Both the position numbers and the translations under genes were made by a program. Below are positions 23,531 through 33,253 of a stretch of 37,871 bases of DNA, in pieces. The stretch covers positions 1 to 37,871 of the forward strand of contig NIVC01002231.1 in NCBI GenBank assembly GCA_002269645.1, given 5' to 3'. The stretch comes from Macrostomum lignano. Its lineage: Eukaryota. The notes beneath the pieces were generated by a model. The model made no database searches. It saw only the letters and a program-made list of their open reading frames with translations, and was not told where the DNA came from. Position 1 is the stretch's first letter. Every line of letters starts with the position of its first letter.

Positions 23531-24810
23531 GGTTAAAATACATTCAATCTGGATGGGAGCTTTCTAGAGCCAAAATGTATCACTTCATTCGCTCTATTTT
23601 TCGGGGAAGCGAGGCCCTCCGAGCGCATAAAAACAGAAAAAGAATAGTAGGGGGTTAAAATTGATAAAATTGCAGAAAAAGATAACGCATTGTAGTGAAC
23701 GAGAAAAGTTGTCGCAGAAAAAATAGTTCGCAGTGAATAATGTTAGCAAAAATGTTTGAGTAAAAGGGAACCAATTTAAGCAAGGTAACATAGGTTAAAG
23801 TACAACATCAGTTTAAATAGCGAAAGAAGGGATAGCGCAGAGGGCCTTTAGTTAGGCTAAGCTAAACTAGCTAAGCAAGGATGGAATAAAACGCAGCGAG
23901 GGTAACCAAAAAATCGATAAAATGGGTGTACAGAGCAAAATGGAGGTTTAGCGACGCAAGCTTAAAGTGAAAACGCGGTGAGTTAAAAGGAGGGTAATAA
24001 AAATCATTGTACAGCGAAAGTTGGGGGGGGGGGGTTAGCGAGGAACCGCTCAGCTAATAAATCATGTACAAAGTAGAGGTTAAAATTTTAACTGGGGAAA
24101 CGAAAAAGATAAAAATTCTAGGAAAAATTGTACAGTCCAAAGGGGGTATATAACACAAGGCTTTAAAATGGAGCAAGGCGAGTTAAGCGATTTTTGACTG
24201 ACGGTTAATAATCAAGTAAATTCGATTCATCATGAGCACAAGGAAGAACTTGCGGTTTTTGCTAGGCGACTTAGCAAAGCGGTCCCAAGATGATTGGGAC
24301 CTTGGCGACAGGCGGTGGGCGATCACGCTCGTCCTTCTCGCTGTGCTGGGAGTGCTGGTGCTGCTGCTGCTGCTGTGCCAATGTTGCCGTTGCTGTCGTT
24401 GTTGTCGGCGCAACTGCTGCAGGTCGGGCGCGCCTGGAGCGTCGACTGCGGTAGCAGATGTGGAGGCGCCGCCAGCGGAGTCGGTGGTGTAAGAGCCGAG
24501 CTGCTTTGCTGGTTCGTCCGGCCTTCTGAACGCAACAACGGCCCTTTTCAGGGCCACCACTTGATGTGATGCCGAAGTTGTCAGATAAGCAGACTGTGCA
24601 GTCATGAAGGAACAAACGTTGTTGAGCCGTATGCTTTAGTGCTAGTTGGTTGACTTAGGTGAAAGCAGCGCCAGGGACAGAGCGATTTGCAGAGACCAGG
24701 CATAGTGTAGGGCGATGGCTGCGTAGATCAAGGTTGTGGCTTGAATCCGGTTGAAGCAGCGCCAGAGACAGCAATTGGCAGTGACCAGGCACAGAGCAGC
24801 AGTCGTGTAG

Positions 24811-24866
24811 GTCAGGGTTGGGCAGGGTTGAGCAGGGTTGAGCAGGGTTGAGCAGGGTTGAGCAGG
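24811..24866. repeat. 10-bp tandem repeat AGCAGGGTTG x5-6
   Basis: Directly visible. Confidence 0.9.
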
Positions 24867-25051
24867 CTAGCGCGTGATGACTTTTGAAAAAGCAGTTGAC
24901 AGAATAACAGAGAAAAATAGCGTAAGCTTTACACAAGTGAGCGCAAAAGAGCGGAGGAGTAATAGGCAGAAGAACGGAAAATATTTTTTTTTTTAGTATT
25001 TTTGAACAATTTTTGTAGTGTTTCAGCGCTCAATATTGAAGAAAAAGCGGA

Positions 25052-26140
25052 TTAAAATAGTGAGCGATGATGGTGAATCAAGTCATAAAAAAGAGCGTAT
25101 GCCAGTCGAGCAAAATTAATATTAGGATCAGAAGGCGGAGAATGTTGAATACGCTTGATGGAGAAGGTATGAAGAGTGGCGTACTCTGGCAAGGTGTTAG
25201 GATAGCCAACAAGAGCATTTCGTATACGGTGAATATCGTATAAATATCGACGAAGGGGAGGACAAGAGAAAGGAAAAATAGTATGGGCAACTACCGAGCG
25301 AGAATAAAAATCGATAATTATAAAAGCAAAGCTTCTTGAACGCGTTGAGAGAATGAAAACAGCGTGGGTAAAGAAAAAATTGTGCGGATACAAACGATTG
25401 AGCGTGCGTATCATAGCTTTCTTAGTAGCACGAGGAGAAAATGGAGGAAAAATTTGATAAACATAAGGGGCGAGAGAATCGAAGGAGGTTAAATAATTTT
25501 GGAGCGTAGAAGTTAACTGTTGCGCCGAAAGATTAGCAGCATCATGGCGGAATTGTTGCCATGGGTAGCGTAGAGAGGAAAGCAACAGAGGCCAAGTGTC
25601 TTGGTTAAAGCGCATGCATGGTTGAGGGAGAGTAGAAGCAGAGAGTTGAAAGAAATCGTCGATAGACATATTAGGAGAAAAAAGAAAATGTAGGATTGGT
25701 ACGAAGCTGCGGTTGAGAACGTCAGTCATAGTGGGAGAAAAGTTCTGTATACGTGGTCGTGAGTGAGTACGACGCAGCACACCAAATAGACTAATTCGCA
25801 GAACGCGGAGCATCTTAGGATAAAAGCGATGGCAGCGGATAACATAAAAACGAGAGAAGAAAGCGGAGGCCATGCGTAGCCGTTGGGGTTCACCAATAGT
25901 TTCAGAATAAAATATTGCTTCAGTGAACCAAGCAACAACGGTTGCGAGGCAAATAAGATCATGATTTAACTGTGGTCGAATATCCATCGGTTGCGGAAAT
26001 GGATCCATAAGAGAAAGGAAAAAGGAGAAAAGCAATAGATACACAAAATATTGTTTTAGCGTGTGAGCTCTGCAATGTAAAGAGGGAAAAGAGAAAATTT
26101 TTTGTAGCTTTTGTTGATAAAACGGAAAATAAAAGTTCAT
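25052..26140 (-). CDS. Orphan 362-aa ORF downstream of integrase, probably an accessory gene of the element
   Basis: Long stop-free non-repetitive ORF, same strand as pol, 170 nt after the IN stop, behind a strong splice-acceptor-like signal; F/aromatic-rich; no known motif. Confidence 0.55.
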   Translation of the reverse strand: MNFYFPFYQQKLQKIFSFPSLHCRAHTLKQYFVYLLLFSFFLSLMDPFPQPMDIRPQLNHDLICLATVVAWFTEAIFYSETIGEPQRLRMASAFFSRFYVIRCHRFYPKMLRVLRISLFGVLRRTHSRPRIQNFSPTMTDVLNRSFVPILHFLFSPNMSIDDFFQLSASTLPQPCMRFNQDTWPLLLSSLRYPWQQFRHDAANLSAQQLTSTLQNYLTSFDSLAPYVYQIFPPFSPRATKKAMIRTLNRLYPHNFFFTHAVFILSTRSRSFAFIIIDFYSRSVVAHTIFPFSCPPLRRYLYDIHRIRNALVGYPNTLPEYATLHTFSIKRIQHSPPSDPNINFARLAYALFYDLIHHHRSLF

Positions 26141-26310
26141 TGTGTCAGTTCGTCAATACTCGTAGTCACGTAAAGAGTCGCAATGCAGGGAGAGAGAGCA
26201 AAAGCTAGAAAAGAAGGAAAGAAAAAAGGAAGAGAAAGAAAGGAAGAGAAAGCAATATTGTCAGTCAAGGAAAAGAAAGAAGAAAAGAAATTTAGAAGAT
26301 TTTTTATCAT

Positions 26311-27520
26311 TCACGACTTCTTGTTCTTCGATCTTAGGTTGTAGCCGTGCGTCTGTGGCTGACCTGGTGGCTCATCAGTGGACGTGGTTTGCAGCGCGAT
26401 GGACTTGCTCAATGGCGGCCGATGGTTGTGGTGGACCTGAATGTCATCAGTTGTGAACTCAGGTAGGTGACTAGGTCCAGCGCTGAGTCCATCTCCAGGC
26501 CATGGTTTGAGCTTGGAGGCATGTACCACGATTGGTCGTTCGCTTGGCCGGTTGACATCGGAAATCAGTGCGTTCTGATCGGAGAGCCATGCTAGTAGAC
26601 GCATTGGGCCACGATAAGGATTGGAGAATTTTGTCTCCTTTGTTGCTGAGACATCCAAGTAGCATCGTGCACCTGGGCGTATGTAGCGGCGGTTGATCTT
26701 CTTGTCAGAGTTTTCAGCGCGCTGTTCAGCTGAGTTGTGCAGAAGTTCCTTGGCGACTTCTCTGGCAAGCAAAATAGCTGAACAGGTCAAATTGACTGGT
26801 TTAATAACGTCCATGTATGCAGTTGTCTGGTGTTCCATGATCCGTGCGTTGGGTGGCAGAAAGTCTCGAGCGAAGAACAGTAGAATGGTGATTCGTTCAT
26901 CGTTGAGTGAGCGGCGGTATTGATTGCTAGTGTCACCGCGGGTAGGAAGTCAATCCAGAGATCTGGTTTGTCATGGACAAAGGCCGTAAGAGTTTGCTTC
27001 AGTGTCTTGTGTGCGCGTTCGACGAAGTTGCTAGATGGTTGGTACACCGAGGTGTAGATCAGGTGTATTCCAAGGGCACCCATAAACTCTCGAAATTCTT
27101 GCGAGATGAATTGGGGTCCATTGTCTGAGATGATGTGTGCTGGTAGTCCTGCGAAAGCGAACACACGGTTGAAGAGGTTGTTGCAGATAGTTGCAGAAGT
27201 TGTCTCAGTTAGCGGGATAGTGAACAGGAATTTGCTAACGCCGCATTGGGCCGTGAGTATGTACTTGTAGACGTCGCGGCCGTGGAAGCTGGTGGCAGTG
27301 GTCCTACAAGGTCGATAGCCAAATGAGAAAAAACCTCGTTGAATTTGACGGCTTTGTGCAGCGGTCGCAGTCGAGGTGCTGTTTTCGCTTTGTGGCAGAC
27401 TTCGCAGTTGTTAACGAAATTGAAGACGTCTTGCCGTAGTGTAGGCCAGTAATAGAAGTGATTGATTTTGTCAGCTGTCTTTTGGTGACCTAGATGACCA
27501 CCAAGGGCTGTCGAGTGGTT
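26311..27520 (-). CDS. pol: Integrase (HHCC + DDE + GPY/F), frameshifted in this sequence
   Basis: H..LGGHLG, YYWP, CEVC, IDLVGP, SDNGPQF, NFVERAH, PYRGP. Confidence 0.9.
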
Positions 27521-29330
27521 ACTGTCAAAAGAGCTTCACGGTAGCGTGTTGGTATCACGAGGCGGCTTCGTCCTTCGTCATCTTCAAAGTATAGAGTGTT
27601 TCCGTCCAGGAAATAACGTGCCAGGTGTCGGCGAACATATTGTTGGTCTTTCTTGGACAGCTCGTGAGTGGGTGATTTTTCCGATAGAAGTGCTTTGATT
27701 GTTGACAGTAATGGGTCTTGATCAATGGCATCCTGCAGTCCGTTGAATGTTGACAGCGATTGTATCTGACAGACTTTGGGGATGCGTGAAAGGCAGTCCG
27801 CTACTACGTTTGATTTGCCTTTCACATAGTTGAGAGTGAAGTTGTAATCTTGTAGCGCTAGAATCCACTTCTGAAGTCGTTTTGAGATAGGTTGCTTGTC
27901 ACTGAATAGACTCTTGAGTGGCTGGTGATCAGTGAAGACGTGGAATTGTTGGTAAGAGGCGTAGAGGAACACGTGTAGCTTCTTTATTGCCCAATAGATG
28001 GCGTATGCTTCGCGTTCAATCGGTGGATAGCGTTGTTCGGTTGGACTTAACGTCTTAGAAATGTAGGCAACCGGGCGTTGGTGGTTGCTGTCGTCTAGCT
28101 GTGAGAGTACTGCTCCAATGGCGGTATCCGAAGCATCAGTGTGCAGAAAGTACGGTTTTCGCGGATTTGGATGAACCAGTAGTATATCCGTAGAGAGAAG
28201 TTGTTTCAGCTTTTCAAAGGCTGCTTGGGCGGCGTTTGTCCAGACGAATTTGTTAGGCTTCGAAGTATTTTTGATGATACTCAGAAGTGGTTGTACTACT
28301 CGTGAGTAGCCAGCAATGTGCGTTCGGTAGAAATTTGCAAGTCCAAGGAAAGATTGTAGTTGTTTAACCGTTTGAGGCACAGGGAAGGTCTTGATTTTCT
28401 CGATGAGGCTGGGTGCGGGTCTAATGCCTTGAGCAGAAACCACAAATCCAAGATATTGTACCTCTGTTTTGGCAAAGATGCATTTTCGTAGTGAAATTCG
28501 CAATCCATGATGTCGTAACTTTTGGAAGAAGCGTTCGATTTCTTTGAGCATGCCGGTGAAGTCTTCGGCGATGAGCATGACGTCATCCAAGTAGGCAATC
28601 TGATTTGGAGAGTCAGCTGTTAACAATGCTACAAGACGGCACATTAAGCTAGGACTGGACTTGAGTCCTTGAGGTAGTCGATTGAATTCCCAAAGTAGGC
28701 CGTTGGGTGCAATGAACGCAGTGTATTTTGTGCTTTCTGGATCGATCCGAACTTGGTAGAAAGCATCTGCTAGGTCACAGAGTGTGTACAGTTTAGCGTT
28801 TTTCAATCGATGTAGCAAATCCGGAATCTTAGGAGGTCGGATGCTAGGAGCACGAATTAGCTTGTTCAGTTTTCGGTAATCCGTCACGAGTCTTAGTTGT
28901 CGGCGACCTTGAGCGTCGAGCGTCTTCTTTTCCACGAGAAGACATGGACTTGAGTATTCCGATTCACTCGGACTGATGATTCCTTTTTGACGGAAGTTTT
29001 CGATGAGCTCATCAAACCGTTCTTGTAGTCCATGAGCGATTGGATAGGGTCTGGACGTGACTGGCTCAGAGTGTGGGTGTAGATGCAGGTGAGCCGTGTA
29101 TTGGGTAGAGCAACCCATGTCGGTTGGCAGTAGTGCCAAGACGTCACGGTACTTGTTCATTAGAGTAACTAATTGTTCACTCTGCTCGGTTGAGAGGTGC
29201 TGGTTGGCTTGTTTGAGTTGAGTACGGATCATGTCAGTCGTAGGTGCTTCTTGTTGCAGCGTGCGGAGACTGTTGATTTGAGCTGCTGGGCGCACGATGT
29301 TGTAGTCAGACATGTTAGCCAGATTCCAAT
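27490..29330 (-). CDS. pol: Reverse transcriptase + RNase H (Gypsy type)
   Basis: YSSPCLLVEK, LRLVTDYRKLN, DLADAFYQ, LPQGLKSSP, YLDD (28582-28593), FLGL; RNase H LHTDASDTAIGAVL, YPPIEREAYA, FTDHQPL. Confidence 0.95.
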
Positions 29331-29960
29331 GACTTGTTGAGGATGCAAGGTTTGCGTTGTCAGCGACGGGTTGGCAATTTCCACAGTGATAGTTTGTCCG
29401 TCCGGGTTGACAGAAACAAGGCAAGTTGGTATCATCAACTGGTGTTTCTGGATCGTGTGGTCCTTAGGGACGAACAGGACAGGAATCGTTGGCTCATGTC
29501 GAGAAGAGAGTTTCAGCGTGACTTGGTGCGTTGTCTGTGGTGGTAACTCTAGCTTGTTTTGCATCACCGCAGAGGTTTCTTGCAACTGTTGGATGGAGTT
29601 GAGCATCGCAAATTGCTCATTGCCAAGCTTAGCTGTCGCTTTCGAGTAGTCGAATTGTAGTGGTATTCCCAGTGACTTAAAGGTTTCTACTCCTAAGAGC
29701 AAATCATAGTCAGCGTCGGGGGTGTCGAGCACAAAGGCCGATATCTTGTGGTTGCGTCCATCGATTTCGAGATCAAAAGTGGCCTTTTTGTTGAGGTTTA
29801 GTTGTTGTCCTCCTGCACAAATGGCGTTCATATTGGTGTCTTGTAGTGGTACTCGAAGCTTTTGGCGAATGCCGGTGAGATGCAGGAGATCGAGGCGCCG
29901 CTGTCAATGAGGGCGGTGCATCTGTGTCGAGTATGCGGTGCGTTGCGGCACCACAGGTTG
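29330..29960 (-). CDS. pol: Retroviral-type aspartic protease + spacer (frameshifted near 29860)
   Basis: ALIDSGAS (DSG 29897-29905) and DLLLG motif. Confidence 0.88.
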
Positions 29961-30229
29961 ATCATAGTTGCTGTTGTTAGATGCTTCAAAACAAAGGCGT
30001 ATGAGTAGTTTGCTGGCCATTTTGGAACTTTAGGTTCTGGCGGTGGTCTCCGTGGTGGCGGAAGGGTGGCACGAAGTTCAATCGTTTCGATGGGTGCCGA
30101 GGTGTTGGCGCTTGTCTCGGTGGTATCAGTTGCTGTTGTTGGGAGTAGTCGTTTCGTGATTCCACTCGAGTTGGAGTTCGTTGTTGCCGCAGCACTTGTA
30201 TAGTGTGCGTTCTGCCGTAACGGATGGTG

Positions 30230-33207
30230 CTGGCGACGCAGAGTCGGCCAAGATTGCACACGAAGATAATAACGGCAATGTAGACGATTACAGCTGCTGT
30301 TAAGACGAACTTTTCTTGATAGTTTGCGACTAGTCGATCCCAGTTGAATATCGACGAAGACCATAGATTGAAGAGAGCGAGTTTTGAGTCCAGGAATGCA
30401 CTGTCAGCATGTGCTGTTCTGTGTCGTGTTCGATTCGGAAGTTTGAAAACTGTAATCAGAAAATCGCGAGTTTGCATGAACTGGTGCATTAGGTCGGTCA
30501 CCGTTATCGGACTACGAAGTGAAGTATAATTGATATCTCCCATAGGTTTGAAGATGCTTTCGGAGACTGAAGTTTGCAAATCGGACAACCGATAGTTTTC
30601 ATCGGATCTGACATTAGCGTTGTGGGTTCAAACTCGAAAAATTTAGTGTGGTCTTGAATAGCATCGATTGTTTAGGCAGGTAGTAGTACGGGAAGGCGTC
30701 GCATGAGATTAGAGCTGGAGTAGCTGTGGAGACAATACGAGTCGTTGTGTCCAAAAATCCAAGAACAGTATAATTTTGTAGACGGAATTCCAGTGGGGGA
30801 CGCGTGAAGCATTGGTTCGTCTTATACTTTGGTTGGACAAAGCGAAATTGATGTAGAGGTTTGCACTGGTAGACGAAGAGATATCCAGCAATGGATCTAG
30901 CTCGCAAGAAAGGATCATTTAATAAGAGTCGACCAGCGAGCGTTGGTTGTGTGTAGTATAACTGTCGGTTGTACTTGAGATTAGTTGCGTACATCATGCA
31001 TTGAGTAGTTGCAAGCTGCCTCTGTACTTGGAGAAGGTCTTTTCGAGCTTTACTAGCAGCTCCTTGTAGTTGTCCAGCAAGAAGTTCAGCGGATGCGAAC
31101 GTTGATGAAAGTTGCGCAGTAGAGTTGCCTGAAGGGGCTGCGATGGTTTTGTCGTCTGTGCTTCGCTTGTTGCGTGGTAGTAGTAGGAGATCCGGTTGAC
31201 TGCCTTGGGGTTCGTGATGTGGAACTGCTAGATTCGTGTGAATAGAAGCCAGTTGTGGATTGGTTGTTGTCGCTGGTGAGTTCGTGGTGAAGGTTGAGGT
31301 TGCAGACTTTGCTGGTGCACTGGTTGTGCTGCTAGAGGTTGAGGTTGTTGGCGGTAAAGTGGTGGTGGTACGAGGTTGTGTCGTCACTTTTGTTGTCGTC
31401 GTAGTTGGACCTGCTGTTGTTGTTGCTGCTGAGGTTGTAGCAGTTGTGGTTGTTGAAGTTGTCGGTGTTACGGTTGTGGTAGGTATTGTTGTCGTTGTAG
31501 TCGGTGGCATTGTCGTCGTAGCTGGTGGTGTTGTCATTGTAGTCGGTGGTGTTGTCGTTGTAGTCGGTGGTGTTGTCGTTGTAGTCGGTGGTGTTGTCGT
31601 TGTCAAAATTGTAGTTGTTGGTGTTGATTTTGTAGTAGTTAGTATCGTAGTTGTTGGCGTCATTGTTGTAGAAGTGCTTGACGTCGGTGGATGATCAGGT
31701 CGCTCTTGTCGTAAAGGTTGCGGCGGTAGGAATTGTCGTGACTGAGTTGTCGTAGTGAAAGGATGTTGAGTCGTCGATTGCTGAACGGGTAATATTGTTG
31801 GTGGCGTTGGTAGTATCGCTGGTGGTGAACGACGTTTTTGTCTCGAAGAAGTGGTTTCTTCGCTAGTTTGAGGTTTTGGAGTAGCTTCTTCTAATGGGCT
31901 TCGTAAGGTGGCGAGAAATTCTGCTTCTTTGTTGTCGAGGATGTCTACGTATAGACCTTGCGTTGAAAGGTACAACGTCTTACGGACGCCAGTGCAGGTG
32001 AGAGTGTGAGTCGACGGCACTGGGTTGAAGGTTAGTCCCAATGTTTGATCATTAGTTAAGAACAAGCCGGAGTTTAAGTTGCCTTCAAGAGTACGAAATG
32101 GAAATGGTTTTTGTCTCGAAGAAGTGGTTTCTTCGCTAGTTTGAGGTTTTGGAGTAGCTTCTTCTAATGGGCTTCGTAAGGTGGCGAGAAATTCTGCTTC
32201 TTTGTTGTCGAGGATGTCTACGTATAGACCTTGCGTTGAAAGGTACAACGTCTTACGGACGCCAGTGCAGGTGAGAGTGTGAGTCGACGGCACTGGGTTG
32301 AAGGTTAGTCCCAATGTTTGATCATTAGTTAAGAACAAGCCGGAGTTTAAGTTGCCTTCAAGAGTACGAAATGGTTTTAAAGGACAATCAGCGAGTGGTG
32401 GAGGTGTCCAAATAAGATTTAGATGTCTTGGTCCTTTCACGTCAATTTGGTAGATTGCTTCAGTTTCCAAAGGATCCCAGGGGATGTTAGTATCGGCAAA
32501 GGTAGGTTGAAAGCTCGCATTTCTTGTGCAGTTGTTTTAATTGTACAAAATTTGTCGGCGAGTTTGCAGTTGTCCATTGGGAAGGACAAAGATTCCATTT
32601 TTTGATCTGCTGTTGAGTAGGCTGGGATTCCGGTGATCACTGTTGTTACTATTTGTTCTGAATGTGAACCAGGAGTGCAACGCACGGCATTTTGCGTGTT
32701 GAATGTCGATTGCAGGCGTTGGATAGACTGAGTTGACGCAGTCTTTAACACTAATGATCCATCAGGCGATAGCTTTGTTCGTGCCCAGTTTTCACAATCA
32801 GCTTGAGTGACTGGTTGCGGTTCCAACTCTACCAGGGCGGATGTCCAGGTTCTTATCACCGCCTTATCACATCTAATAGTGATTTTCTCACGGAAACAGA
32901 CAGTCATAACCAGGGAACTGGTTTCTACGTTCGTTGTGTAAAGTTCCAGTTTCAACGGGAGTGTCGGCGTTGTTTGGTGTTTGAGCTGTTCGCAACGGAT
33001 CTCATGTGGTATCGTGAAAATTCTTGGGATCTGGTTGTACGGACAGACCATTGGTGTGTCAATGAAGCCCTCGTGAGATTGTCTCTCAATCGATGGTGGG
33101 GTTGACGTCGTTACCGGCGTAGCGTTGGCTAGTGCGAAGAGTGAAGTTGCTAGGCACAGGAGAAAAAGTGTCAGTAGTGATCGGCGAATTCCGACGGAAG
33201 CTTTCAC
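30230..33207 (-). CDS. env: Envelope glycoprotein, herpesvirus gB-like / class III fusogen (three frame breaks)
   Basis: Signal peptide RRSLLTLFLLCLATSLFALANA; Cys-rich N-half; furin sites RQKR and RNKR; gB domain III/IV-like LQ-x21-C, QP, RAR, YQC, CFTRP, GFL, SC motifs; TM FVLTAAVIVYIAVIIFVC (30256-30309). Confidence 0.82.
31835..32374. repeat. 273-bp (91-codon) in-frame tandem duplication inside env
   Basis: Copies offset by 273 nt (31840/32113, 32038/32311), apparently identical. Confidence 0.92.
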
Positions 33208-33253
33208 GGTTTTCTCGCGGTTGTTGTTGCTGGTCGGTGGAGTGTAGTGTCAG

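Noticed and set aside
31260-31694. Poly-Val hydrophobic ORF on the plus strand
   Set aside because: Antisense shadow of the Thr-rich env segment.
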